A DNA stretch of 64,000 nucleotides from an uncultured Clostridia bacterium (lineage in GTDB: Bacteria; Bacillota; Clostridia; TANB77; CAG-508): NCBI GenBank assembly GCA_947632145.1, contig CANRNW010000003.1, forward strand, positions 8,019 through 72,018. Direction: 5' to 3'. The notes beneath the pieces were generated by a model. The model was not told the DNA's origin. It saw nothing but the letters and a program-made list of their open reading frames with translations, and made no database searches. Made by a program: the position numbers and the translations under genes. Below, piece after piece: positions 10,191 to 19,351 of the stretch. The first letter of the stretch is position 1; each line of letters opens with the position of its first letter.

Positions 10191-11567
10191 ATGGAAAATA
10201 AGTTTTTATTATATAGAGAACAATATAAAGAATTCATATATAAATCTTATGAAATTAAAGAAAATCAAGACAGCATTGAAATAAAGTACGAGTTCGAAAT
10301 TCCACAGTTAGCAAAATTTGAACCTAAAATAATTATACAAAAAAAGAATATAAAATTTAAATCTGTAAATAATTCTTATGTTAAATATTTAGCATTTAAC
10401 TTAGGAATGGTAGAGTTAATAAGCTATTGGAAATGTGTGTGTCCTAAAACAGTAATTGTAAAATGTGGCTATTTAGATGAATATCAAAAAAATTGGTTTA
10501 AAAAGCTATATTACTATGGATTAGGAGAATATAGATACATAAACAATATAGATATAGCAGAAGATGAAATGATGGACATAATAGTTGAAGCAAAAAAAGA
10601 AGAAATAAAAATACCAGATATTAAAACAAATGGGGCAATAATACCTGTTGGTGGTGGAAAAGATTCAACAGTAACGCTAGAACTATTAAAAAAATATAAA
10701 AATGATAATTATTGTTTAATAATAGGCTCAAAAGAGCCTTCTATGAAGTGTGCTGAAATTGCAGGATATGAAAATAATAAAATAATAGAAGTTTCTAGAA
10801 TAATAGATGAGAATATAAAGAAGTTAAATAATGAAGGTTACCTAAATGGACATACTCCATTTTCTGCAATGCTTGCGTTTTTATCATATTTAATAGCTAC
10901 TTTAACAGAGAAAAAATATATCGCATTATCTAATGAATCTAGTGCAAATGAAAGTAATATAGAAGGAGAAAATATAAATCATCAATATTCTAAAAGCTAT
11001 GAATTTGAACAAGATTTTAATGAATATGTAAAAAAATATTTTTCAGAAGAAGTAAAATATTTTAGTATGCTAAGACCAATAAATGAGTTACAAATAGCAA
11101 TGTTATTTTCAAGAATTGAACAATATCATAAGATATTTAAAAGTTGTAATGTAGGAAGTAAACAACTACCTTGGGTTTGGTGCTGTAATTGCCCAAAATG
11201 TTTATTTGTATATTGCATATTAAGTCCGTTTTTATATAAAGAAAAATTAGTCAACATATTTGGTGAGGATATGTTTGAAAATAAAGATTTATTAAATACA
11301 TTTATAGAACTATGTGGATATGGCAAGAATAAGCCATTTGAATGCGTTGGTACCTATGAAGAAATAAATTTTGCGCTATCAAAAACAATAATAAAATTAG
11401 AAAAAGAAAATAAAGAATTACCTTACATGCTTAAATATTATAAAGAAAATTATAAACTAGTAGATGTAAGTAATAACAATTTGTTAAAACAATATAATAT
11501 CGAAAACAATTTACCAAAAGAATTCGAAAATGTACTACAAAACAAAATTAAGGAGGAAGTATGTTAG
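10191..11567 (+). CDS. PP-loop-like ATPase of unknown function; candidate UDP-MurNAc-L-Ala-L-Glu epimerase (MurL-like)
   Basis: VGGGKDS motif resembles a PP-loop (SGGxDS). CNCPKC motif. Its stop overlaps the murD-like start (11561). Confidence 0.45.
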   Translation: MENKFLLYREQYKEFIYKSYEIKENQDSIEIKYEFEIPQLAKFEPKIIIQKKNIKFKSVNNSYVKYLAFNLGMVELISYWKCVCPKTVIVKCGYLDEYQKNWFKKLYYYGLGEYRYINNIDIAEDEMMDIIVEAKKEEIKIPDIKTNGAIIPVGGGKDSTVTLELLKKYKNDNYCLIIGSKEPSMKCAEIAGYENNKIIEVSRIIDENIKKLNNEGYLNGHTPFSAMLAFLSYLIATLTEKKYIALSNESSANESNIEGENINHQYSKSYEFEQDFNEYVKKYFSEEVKYFSMLRPINELQIAMLFSRIEQYHKIFKSCNVGSKQLPWVWCCNCPKCLFVYCILSPFLYKEKLVNIFGEDMFENKDLLNTFIELCGYGKNKPFECVGTYEEINFALSKTIIKLEKENKELPYMLKYYKENYKLVDVSNNNLLKQYNIENNLPKEFENVLQNKIKEEVC

Positions 11568-12892
11568 AAAAGCTATTAAATAATTTAAGAGAAAAAAACA
11601 TACTAATTTTAGGATTTGGAATTGAAGGAAAATCAACATATTCATTCATAAGAAAACACTTTCCCAAAAAGCCTATTACAATTTGTGATGAAAAAGAAGA
11701 TTATGAAAAAGAACTTGCACAAGACAAATATGCAAAGTGTATTCATGGTAATGAATATTTAGAATGTACACAAGATTTTGATTTAATATTTAAAACACCA
11801 GGAATTTCATTTAAAGATATTGATATTAGTAATTTTCAAGATAAAATTACAAGTGAACTAGAAATGGTATTGGAATTTGTAGATATATTTACAATAGGAA
11901 TAACAGGAACAAAAGGGAAAAGTACAACAAGTTCTCTAATGTATAGTGTTCTAAAGAACAACGGAAAAAATACAATGCTTTTAGGTAATATTGGAATACC
12001 TATATTTGAAAAACTTGATGAAATAACAAAAGACACAATTTTAGTTTTAGAATTATCTTCACATGCTTTGCAATATATAAAAAAATCTCCTAATGTTGCA
12101 ATTTTATTGAATATATTTGAAGAACATTTAGATCATTATAAATCATATGATGAATATATTGATGCAAAATATAATATATTTAAATATCAAACTGAAAGGG
12201 ATTATGCACTATATAATATAGATAATGAAGTTATTAGCAACAAAGATGTGAAAACAAAAGCAAAGAAAATTATTGTATCAATGAAAAAAGAAGATGCGGA
12301 TGTAATCTTAAAGGGAAATGAAATATATTATAAAGGAAATTTAGCATATATAGATGATGAAAAAAGACATATATTAGGAAATCATAACTTAAACAATATA
12401 ATGTTTATTGTGGCTGTAAGTGATATATTAGGTCTAGATTTTAACTTAACAAAACAGGCAATAGATGAATGTATGCCATTAGAGCATAGAATGGAGTATG
12501 TAGGAAAATTTAACGATATAGAATACTATAATGATTCTATTGCAACAATTCCAGAGGCTACAATAAATGCAATAGAAACTTTAAAAAATATAAATACACT
12601 AATTGTTGGTGGAAAAGATAGAGGTGTACACCAAGGCGAATTGATTGAATATATAAACAATAGTAAAATAGAAAACGTAATATGCTTACCTAAAACTGGA
12701 GAATATATAGCAGAAGGAATAAAAAATAAACAAGTTTATTTAGTAGAAAATTTAAGTCAAGCTGTAAAAATTGCAAAAGAAAAAACTAAAAAAGGAATGA
12801 TTTGTTTACTATCACCAGCAGCATCAAGTTACGGTTATTTCAAGAATTTTAAAGAAAGAGGAAATCTCTTCAAAGAATATGTAAAGGAATAA
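11561..12892 (+). CDS. murD: Mur ligase, MurD family (UDP-MurNAc-L-Ala:glutamate ligase)
   Basis: GITGTKGKSTTSSLM P-loop, NIFEEHLDHY, C-terminal LSPAASSYGYFKNFKERG. 443 aa. Confidence 0.85.
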   Translation: MLEKLLNNLREKNILILGFGIEGKSTYSFIRKHFPKKPITICDEKEDYEKELAQDKYAKCIHGNEYLECTQDFDLIFKTPGISFKDIDISNFQDKITSELEMVLEFVDIFTIGITGTKGKSTTSSLMYSVLKNNGKNTMLLGNIGIPIFEKLDEITKDTILVLELSSHALQYIKKSPNVAILLNIFEEHLDHYKSYDEYIDAKYNIFKYQTERDYALYNIDNEVISNKDVKTKAKKIIVSMKKEDADVILKGNEIYYKGNLAYIDDEKRHILGNHNLNNIMFIVAVSDILGLDFNLTKQAIDECMPLEHRMEYVGKFNDIEYYNDSIATIPEATINAIETLKNINTLIVGGKDRGVHQGELIEYINNSKIENVICLPKTGEYIAEGIKNKQVYLVENLSQAVKIAKEKTKKGMICLLSPAASSYGYFKNFKERGNLFKEYVKE

Positions 12893-12907
12893 AATTTTAA
12901 AAAACTA

Positions 12908-12964
12908 TTGACAGTTGAGTAATTGTTCAACTATAATAAAGTTGGTTGAACAATTACTCAACTG
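12908..12964 (+). promoter_or_regulatory. Promoter (TTGACA-18-TATAAT) overlapped by two copies of a 20-bp operator in perfect inverted orientation
   Basis: CAGTTGAGTAATTGTTCAAC at 12912-12931 is the exact reverse complement of 12945-12964. Each arm is itself TTGA..TCAA pseudo-palindromic. It lies directly upstream of the ArsR-family gene. Confidence 0.7.
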
Positions 12965-12987
12965 TTTTTATATAAGGAGGAGATATT

Positions 12988-13356
12988 TTGGAAAAAACAT
13001 CATTTGAATGTGATTGTGAAGTAGTTCACAGTGATATATTAGAACAAGTAAAAAAACAAATACCAGAAGAAAATGATATATATGATTTAGCAGATTTTTT
13101 TAAAGTTTTAGGAGATAGTACTAGAGCAAAAATTATGTGGGCTTTAGATTTGCATGAAATGTGCGTATGTGATTTAGCAGTATTACTTAATATGACTAAA
13201 TCTGCAATATCACATCAATTAAGTACATTAAAAGAAAATAATTTAGTTAAATTTAGAAGAGAAGGAAAAATGGTGTTTTATTCTTTATCTGATTATCATG
13301 TAAGAGAAATCTTTGAGAAGGGTATGGAGCACATAAAGGAGGAGGCTACATTATGA
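12988..13356 (+). CDS. ArsR/SmtB-family metal-sensing repressor (CadC/CzrA-like)
   Basis: TTG start after AGGAGG. wHTH CVCDLAVLLNMTKSAISHQLSTLKENNLV. Overlaps the ATPase start. Confidence 0.9.
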   Translation: MEKTSFECDCEVVHSDILEQVKKQIPEENDIYDLADFFKVLGDSTRAKIMWALDLHEMCVCDLAVLLNMTKSAISHQLSTLKENNLVKFRREGKMVFYSLSDYHVREIFEKGMEHIKEEATL

Positions 13357-15194
13357 GTGAAAACAAAAAAGAGATAATACAGATTGCAATTAGTATAGTT
13401 TTACTTATTTTAGCCACTGCACTAAAACAAATAGGAGAAATTTGGCAATTAGTATTATATATATTAAGTTATATTATAGTAGGAAAAGATGTAGTTATAA
13501 AAGCTATAAAAAATATATTTAATAAAGAATGGCTAGATGAAAATTTCCTTATGACAGTATCTACAATAGGTGCATTTTGCATAAAAAAATATCCAGAAGC
13601 AGTTGCTGTTATGGTATTTTATCAAATAGGTGAGTTATTTCAAGATTATGCAGTTAATAAATCTAGAAAATCAATTCAAAGTTTAATGAACATTAGACCA
13701 GATTATGCAAATGTAGTAAGAAATGGAAATGTTGAGAAAGTAAGTCCTGAAGAAGTTGAATTAAATGAAATAATAGAAATAAAATCAGGAGAAAAAGTTC
13801 CATTAGATGGAATTGTTATAGAAGGAACTTCAATGCTTGATACATCTTCTTTAACAGGAGAATCTGTACCAAGAAAAATTGACATAGGAGATAATATTTT
13901 AAGTGGATGTATAAATATTGGTGGTTTATTAAAAGTAAAAGTAATAAAGAAATTTGAAGAATCAACAGTTAGTAAAATATTAGATTTAATCGAAAATTCA
14001 ACTTCTAAGAAATCTAAATCAGAAAAGTTTATTACCAAATTTGCTAAATATTATACACCAATAGTAGTTGGTTTAGCTTTTATTTTAGCCATAATTCCTC
14101 CTATTATATTACAAGATTCATCATTTGGTATGTGGCTTTCAAGAGCATTAACATTCTTAGTAATATCATGTCCTTGTGCATTAGTAATATCTGTTCCTTT
14201 AAGCTTCTTTGGAGGAATAGGGGGAGCTTCTAAAAAGGGAATTTTGGTAAAGGGAAGTAACTATTTAGAAACACTTTCAAAAGTAGATACAATAGTGCTA
14301 GATAAAACAGGAACAATTACAAGAGGTGTTTTTAAAGTACAAGAAATTTGCCCTAAAAATATAACTGAAGAAGAATTATTAAAATTAACAGTACATGCAG
14401 AATACAATTCAAATCATCCAATATCAATGTCTTTAAAAGATATATATAAAGGCTCAATAGATACATCTAAGATACAAAATGTAGAAGAATTAACAGGCTT
14501 AGGTGTAAAGGCAACAGTTTTTGAAAAAAATATGTTAATTGGAAATGCAAAACTAATGAACAAATATAGTATAAAGTTTGAAGAAGTAAACAAAATTGGT
14601 ACAATAGTGTATGTTGCAGTAGAAAATGAATATGTTGGATATATTTTAATTTCAGATGAAATAAAAGAAGAAATTACAAAATCTATATGTACTATGAAAG
14701 AAATTGGAATAAGAAAAACTGTAATGTTAACAGGAGACAAAAGAGATATAGGAGAAGAAATTGCAAAATCTGTTGAAATAGATGAGGTTTATACAGAATT
14801 ATTGCCAACAGATAAGTTTGAAATATTAGAAAATATTATAAGTAAAGAAGAAAATGGTAAAAAAGTGGCATTTGTTGGAGATGGAATAAATGATGCACCA
14901 TCTCTTGCAAGATCTGATGTAGGAATTGCTATGGGTGGAATTGGTAGTGATGCTGCTATTGAAGCTGCAGATATAATAATTATGACAGATGAAATATCAA
15001 AAATAATAGATGCAATAAGTATATCTAAAAAAACTCTAAAAATAGTAAAACAAAATATAATTTTTGCATTAGGAGTAAAAGTGTTAATCTTAGCATTGGG
15101 AGCATTAGGAATATCTGGAATGTGGGAAGCAGTTTTTGCAGATGTAGGAGTATCTGTAATAGCAATTTTAAATGCAATGAGAGCAATGAAATAA
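13353..15194 (+). CDS. cadA: Heavy-metal (Cd/Zn/Co-type) P1B-ATPase, without an N-terminal HMA domain
   Basis: SCPCALVIS (CPC), DKTGTIT, GDGINDAP. 613 aa, starting directly with TM helices. Confidence 0.9.
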   Translation: MSENKKEIIQIAISIVLLILATALKQIGEIWQLVLYILSYIIVGKDVVIKAIKNIFNKEWLDENFLMTVSTIGAFCIKKYPEAVAVMVFYQIGELFQDYAVNKSRKSIQSLMNIRPDYANVVRNGNVEKVSPEEVELNEIIEIKSGEKVPLDGIVIEGTSMLDTSSLTGESVPRKIDIGDNILSGCINIGGLLKVKVIKKFEESTVSKILDLIENSTSKKSKSEKFITKFAKYYTPIVVGLAFILAIIPPIILQDSSFGMWLSRALTFLVISCPCALVISVPLSFFGGIGGASKKGILVKGSNYLETLSKVDTIVLDKTGTITRGVFKVQEICPKNITEEELLKLTVHAEYNSNHPISMSLKDIYKGSIDTSKIQNVEELTGLGVKATVFEKNMLIGNAKLMNKYSIKFEEVNKIGTIVYVAVENEYVGYILISDEIKEEITKSICTMKEIGIRKTVMLTGDKRDIGEEIAKSVEIDEVYTELLPTDKFEILENIISKEENGKKVAFVGDGINDAPSLARSDVGIAMGGIGSDAAIEAADIIIMTDEISKIIDAISISKKTLKIVKQNIIFALGVKVLILALGALGISGMWEAVFADVGVSVIAILNAMRAMK

Positions 15195-15201
15195 GAAAAA
15201 A

Positions 15202-15224
15202 CTCCCTTTCAAAAAGAAAGGGAG
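15202..15224. terminator. Bidirectional hairpin CTCCCTTTC-n5-GAAAGGGAG
   Basis: Lies between convergent cadA (+) and the 15257-15499 ORF (-). Confidence 0.7.
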
Positions 15225-15256
15225 AAAGCGTAAAGTTTTTTTAAACAATCAAAATA

Positions 15257-15499
15257 CTAAATCTTATCTACATCGAAATGTATACGGATAATATAATGAT
15301 TGTCAGGTTGATTGTAATTGTCGCGCCAAGCAGTAATGGTAATTAACTCATCACGGCGCTCCAACCGGAAACAATCCATGTCAGTAACTGTTGAATCTCT
15401 CTTCATTGAATTAAGTTCATTTACAGAAAGGTTCAAACCAGCCTCTTTGGCTTTTCTAGGAATCAGCTGCATCAACAGCACATACGGAATTGTTGCCAT
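15257..15499 (-). CDS. GC-rich orphan ORF 1 (80 aa), hypothetical
   Basis: AAAGGAGG SD 8 nt before ATG 15499 (MATIPYVLLMQ..). Visibly higher G+C than its surroundings. Own TGTTATAAT promoter. One in-frame CGG (15367-15365). Confidence 0.6.
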   Translation of the reverse strand: MATIPYVLLMQLIPRKAKEAGLNLSVNELNSMKRDSTVTDMDCFRLERRDELITITAWRDNYNQPDNHYIIRIHFDVDKI

Positions 15500-15788
15500 A
15501 AAAATACCTCCTTTAAATATGAGTACTGTAGGAATGTCACGAGTCATTGGAGGCTCGTATAAGTATGCAATAAATGCACATCAAGAAATATTATAACATA
15601 ATTTACATAAATAGGCAATGCTTTTATTGCCTATTTTTTGACCACTTAGTATATTGACTTTGCACTAAAATAGAAATATACTATATTAGTCATAGAATTG
15701 TAGAAATACAAACACTTTAATATAAATATGTAGTGAATAGTGAGTAATACAAAATCTGCTATTCGCAAATTGTGAAGGAGGAAAATCG

Positions 15789-16370
15789 ATGAATGACTTA
15801 ATAGAAATTAGATGGCATGGAAGAGGTGGACAGGGTGCAAAAACGGCATCATTATTGCTTGCGGATGCTGCATTTAACACAGGAAAATATATTCAAGGAT
15901 TTCCTGAATATGGTCCAGAAAGAATGGGAGCACCAATAACAGCATATAACAGAATAAGCAATAGTCCAATTACAGTACATAGCAATATATACGAACCAGA
16001 TTATGTAGTAGTTGTAGATGATACACTATTAGAATCAGTAAATGTTACAGCTGGTTTAAAAACTACGGGAGCAATAATTATAAATACAACAAAAGATGAG
16101 TCATATTTAAAAAAAGTTTTAAATGGATATAATGGAAAAATATTTACAATAGATGCAAGAAAAGTATCTATGGAAACTTTAGGAAGATACTTTCCTAATA
16201 CTCCAATGCTTGCGGCAGTTGTAAAAGTAAGTGAAGTTATGTCAGAAGAAGACTTTTTAAATGATATGATAGGCTCATTTAAACATAAATTTGCCAAAAA
16301 ACCTGAAGTAATTGAAGGTAATATGAAGGCTCTAGAGATGTCTTTAAAAGAGGTAAAACAAATTCAATAA
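15789..16370 (+). CDS. porC: Pyruvate/2-oxoacid:ferredoxin oxidoreductase, gamma subunit
   Basis: IRWHGRGGQGAKTAS.. is a typical gamma subunit. First of four coupled genes. Confidence 0.85.
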   Translation: MNDLIEIRWHGRGGQGAKTASLLLADAAFNTGKYIQGFPEYGPERMGAPITAYNRISNSPITVHSNIYEPDYVVVVDDTLLESVNVTAGLKTTGAIIINTTKDESYLKKVLNGYNGKIFTIDARKVSMETLGRYFPNTPMLAAVVKVSEVMSEEDFLNDMIGSFKHKFAKKPEVIEGNMKALEMSLKEVKQIQ

Positions 16371-16383
16371 GGAGGAAACAAAA

Positions 16384-16668
16384 ATGGCTGAAATAAACGC
16401 AAACACACCTTGGCAAGATTTAACTATAGGTGGAAACATATATGAGGCAGGAAATGCAAGAAACTTCAAAACAGGAGATTGGAGAAGTGTAAAACCAATA
16501 TATTTATCTGAAAAATGTAAACAATGCGGTTTATGTTTTCCAGTTTGCCCAGATGATGCAATACCAGTAAATAAAGAACAAAAAAGAGAAGATTTTAATT
16601 ATGATATGTGTAAAGGTTGCGGAGTATGTGCTAAAGTATGCCCATTTGGAGCAATCGAAATGAAATAA
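16384..16668 (+). CDS. porD: 2-oxoacid:ferredoxin oxidoreductase, delta (2x[4Fe-4S]) subunit
   Basis: CKQCGLCFPVCP and CKGCGVCAKVCP motifs. Confidence 0.85.
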   Translation: MAEINANTPWQDLTIGGNIYEAGNARNFKTGDWRSVKPIYLSEKCKQCGLCFPVCPDDAIPVNKEQKREDFNYDMCKGCGVCAKVCPFGAIEMK

Positions 16669-16681
16669 TTTGAAAGGAGAA

Positions 16682-17875
16682 ATGAAAATGTCAATAAGAG
16701 AACGCTTAAGTGGAAACGAAGCAGCAGCAACAGCTATGAAACAAATCAACCCAGATGTAGTAGCTGCATTTCCAATAACACCATCAACAGAAATACCACA
16801 ATATTTTTCAAGTTTTGTAAGTAATGGAACAGTAGATACAGAATTTGTAGCAGTAGAAAGCGAACATAGTGCAATGAGTGCTTGCATAGGAGCAGAAGCA
16901 GCAGGAGCAAGAGCTATGACAGCAACTTCATCAAATGGTTTATCTTTAATGTGGGAAATGATATACATAGCTTCAAGTTTAAGATTACCAATAGTAATGT
17001 CATTAGTAAATAGAGCAGTATCAGGTCCACTAAATATACACAATGATCATTCAGATGCAATGGGAGTTAGAGATTCAGGATGGATACAACTATTTTCAGA
17101 AAATAATCAAGAGGCTTACGATAATTTAATTATGGCTCATAGAATAGCTGAACACAAGGATGTATTATTACCACTAATGGTATGCCAAGATGGATTTATA
17201 ACATCACACTCAATAGAAAATATTGAACTAATAGAAGATGATTTAGTAAAAGAATTTGTTGGACAATACAAACCAGAACATTATTTGTTAAATGATAAAG
17301 AACCTATGGCTGTTGGACCTTTAGATTTACAAGCATATTTATTTGAACATAAAAGACAACAAGCAGAGGCTATGAGAAATGCAAAAAAGGTAATTTTAGA
17401 AGTTTCAAAAGATTTTGAAAAAATGACAGGAAGAAAATATGGATTCTTTGAAGAATATAAATTAGAAGATGCAGAAATAGCAATAGTTTGTATGAATTCA
17501 ACAGCTGGAACAGCAAAATATACAGTAGATAGATTAAGAGAAAAAGGAATAAAAGCAGGTTTATTAAAAATAAGAGTATTTAGACCTTTTCCAGCAGAAG
17601 AAGTTGCAAAAGTATTGTCACACTTGAAGGCAATTGCAGTGCTAGATAAAGCAGATTCTTTAAATGCAGCAGGTGGAGCATTATTTGAAGATGTAGTATC
17701 TGGTATGTATGTATCAAATATACATGTACCAACTGTAAGTTATGTATATGGTATTGGTGGAAGAGATACAAAGTCAGATGATATAGAAAAAGTATACAAT
17801 GATTTAAGTGAAATTGTAAAAACAGGAAAGATTGATAATCCTTATAGATATTTAGGTGTAAGGGGGGATAAATAA
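16682..17875 (+). CDS. porA: 2-oxoacid:ferredoxin oxidoreductase, alpha subunit
   Basis: LSGNEAAATAMKQINPDVVAAFPITPSTEI.. ATG 16682 or 16688 after GGAGA. Confidence 0.85.
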   Translation: MKMSIRERLSGNEAAATAMKQINPDVVAAFPITPSTEIPQYFSSFVSNGTVDTEFVAVESEHSAMSACIGAEAAGARAMTATSSNGLSLMWEMIYIASSLRLPIVMSLVNRAVSGPLNIHNDHSDAMGVRDSGWIQLFSENNQEAYDNLIMAHRIAEHKDVLLPLMVCQDGFITSHSIENIELIEDDLVKEFVGQYKPEHYLLNDKEPMAVGPLDLQAYLFEHKRQQAEAMRNAKKVILEVSKDFEKMTGRKYGFFEEYKLEDAEIAIVCMNSTAGTAKYTVDRLREKGIKAGLLKIRVFRPFPAEEVAKVLSHLKAIAVLDKADSLNAAGGALFEDVVSGMYVSNIHVPTVSYVYGIGGRDTKSDDIEKVYNDLSEIVKTGKIDNPYRYLGVRGDK

Positions 17876-18828
17876 TGGCATATAATCATAAAGAAATAAT
17901 TGCAAACCGTCCATCAAGATTTACATCTGGACATAGAATGTGTGCAGGTTGTGGTGCACCTCCAGTAGCAAGGATGGTATTAAGAGCATTAAAGCCAGAA
18001 GACCATGCTGTAATAACAGGCGCAACAGGTTGTATGGAGGTTTCAACATTTATATATCCATATACAGCTTGGACAGATTCATTTATACATACAGCTTTCG
18101 AATGTGCAGGTGCAACTTGCTCAGGAGTTGAAGCGGCATATAAATCAATGAAAGCACAAGGAAAATTACCAGAAGATAAAGATACAAAATTTATAGCTTT
18201 TGGTGGAGATGGTGGAACTTACGATATAGGTCTTCAAAGTTTATCTGGTGCAATGGAAAGAGGACATGATATGGTATATGTATGTTACGATAATGGAGCA
18301 TATATGAACACAGGTATTCAAAGGTCTTCTGCTACACCAAAATTTGCAGATACAACAACAACACCAGCAGGAACAAAAATACCTGGTAAAATGCAATCAA
18401 GAAAAGATTTAACTTTAATAATGGCAAATCATCATTTACCTTATGTTGCTCAAACAGCTGCAATAATGAATTTTAAAGACTTATATGAAAAATCTGAAAA
18501 AGCAATATATACAAAAGGAGCATGTTTCTTAAATGTTTTAGCACCTTGCCCAAGAGGATGGGGCTATCCAACTGAAATGTTAATGGAAATAAATAAACTT
18601 GCAGTTGAAACTTGCTATTGGCCATTATATGAGGTAGAAAATGGAAAATATAAAATAACATATAAACCAGCAAAAAAATTACCAATAGAAGAATTTTTAA
18701 AACCACAAAAAAGATTTAAGCACATGTTTAAACCAGGAAATGAATGGATGATAGAAGAATTCCAAAAAGAAGTAGATACAAGATGGGAAGAATTATTAAG
18801 GTTAGAAGAAATAACAAATAAAGAATAG
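17875..18828 (+). CDS. porB: 2-oxoacid:ferredoxin oxidoreductase, beta (TPP-binding) subunit
   Basis: GHRMCAGCG.., GGDGGTYDIGLQSLSG TPP motif. Start overlaps the porA stop. Confidence 0.85.
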   Translation: MAYNHKEIIANRPSRFTSGHRMCAGCGAPPVARMVLRALKPEDHAVITGATGCMEVSTFIYPYTAWTDSFIHTAFECAGATCSGVEAAYKSMKAQGKLPEDKDTKFIAFGGDGGTYDIGLQSLSGAMERGHDMVYVCYDNGAYMNTGIQRSSATPKFADTTTTPAGTKIPGKMQSRKDLTLIMANHHLPYVAQTAAIMNFKDLYEKSEKAIYTKGACFLNVLAPCPRGWGYPTEMLMEINKLAVETCYWPLYEVENGKYKITYKPAKKLPIEEFLKPQKRFKHMFKPGNEWMIEEFQKEVDTRWEELLRLEEITNKE

Positions 18829-18830
18829 AA

Positions 18831-18864
18831 CAAAGCCACACAGTAAATGTGTGGCTTTGTTTTG
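18831..18864. terminator. Bidirectional hairpin CAAAGCCACACA-n5-TGTGTGGCTTTG
   Basis: Lies between porB (+) and the 18870-19190 ORF (-). Confidence 0.7.
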
Positions 18865-18869
18865 CGGTA

Positions 18870-19190
18870 TTAGCCGATGTAGCAAAATATTGCTCTCTCG
18901 AATTCTTCAGAGTAATGTTGATCCCTAAAAGTGGCAATAACTTCAGATATAAATGGATCCTTACATCTATCAACGTATCTCATCAGGCGATAGAATTCTG
19001 ATGGATTTTGACGCAGACTAGTTAAAATCATACCGTTAATAAGTAACTTAGATTCTGAATCTACCACATCAACGATTCTCAAGTGACCACTGTAAAGTGA
19101 AATAGCATGAATTTTGCGAGTTTTCTTGGATACGTAAATATACCCACCAGTATTGATCATCTGGAACTTTTCATACCGTGACATGTTCAT
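18870..19190 (-). CDS. GC-rich orphan ORF 2 (106 aa), hypothetical
   Basis: AAGGAGG SD. Perfect TTGACA-17-TATAAT promoter (minus strand; + coordinates 19287-19259). One in-frame CGG at codon 5 (19178-19176). Confidence 0.6.
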   Translation of the reverse strand: MNMSRYEKFQMINTGGYIYVSKKTRKIHAISLYSGHLRIVDVVDSESKLLINGMILTSLRQNPSEFYRLMRYVDRCKDPFISEVIATFRDQHYSEEFERAIFCYIG

Positions 19191-19351
19191 AAAGCAACCT
19201 CCTTGATGTCATGTAAATTTTAATTAATAAAATTTACTAGGCTAAAGTGAATAAAGATATTATACCAAAAAGCTAAAATTATGTCAACAATAGATATTTT
19301 GTAAAGATTGTGATATTATAATATTATTGTAGTATAAAGGTAGGAGGAAAA

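Noticed and set aside
16531-17043. Long antisense ORFs in the track, e.g. 16531-17043(-), 20341-20928(-), 21439-21888(-), 27150-27674(-), 39967-40515(-), 42019-42423(-).
   Set aside because: They lie opposite well-supported conserved genes and have Ser/Phe/Ile/Leu-rich low-complexity products typical of shadow frames in AT-rich DNA. They lack SD sequences.
15257-19190. Interpreting the GC-rich orphans as prophage or ICE remnants.
   Set aside because: There is no integrase, recombinase, att-like direct repeat or additional cargo. Each insertion is a single promoter-ORF-terminator unit, so a conventional mobile-element call is unsupported.
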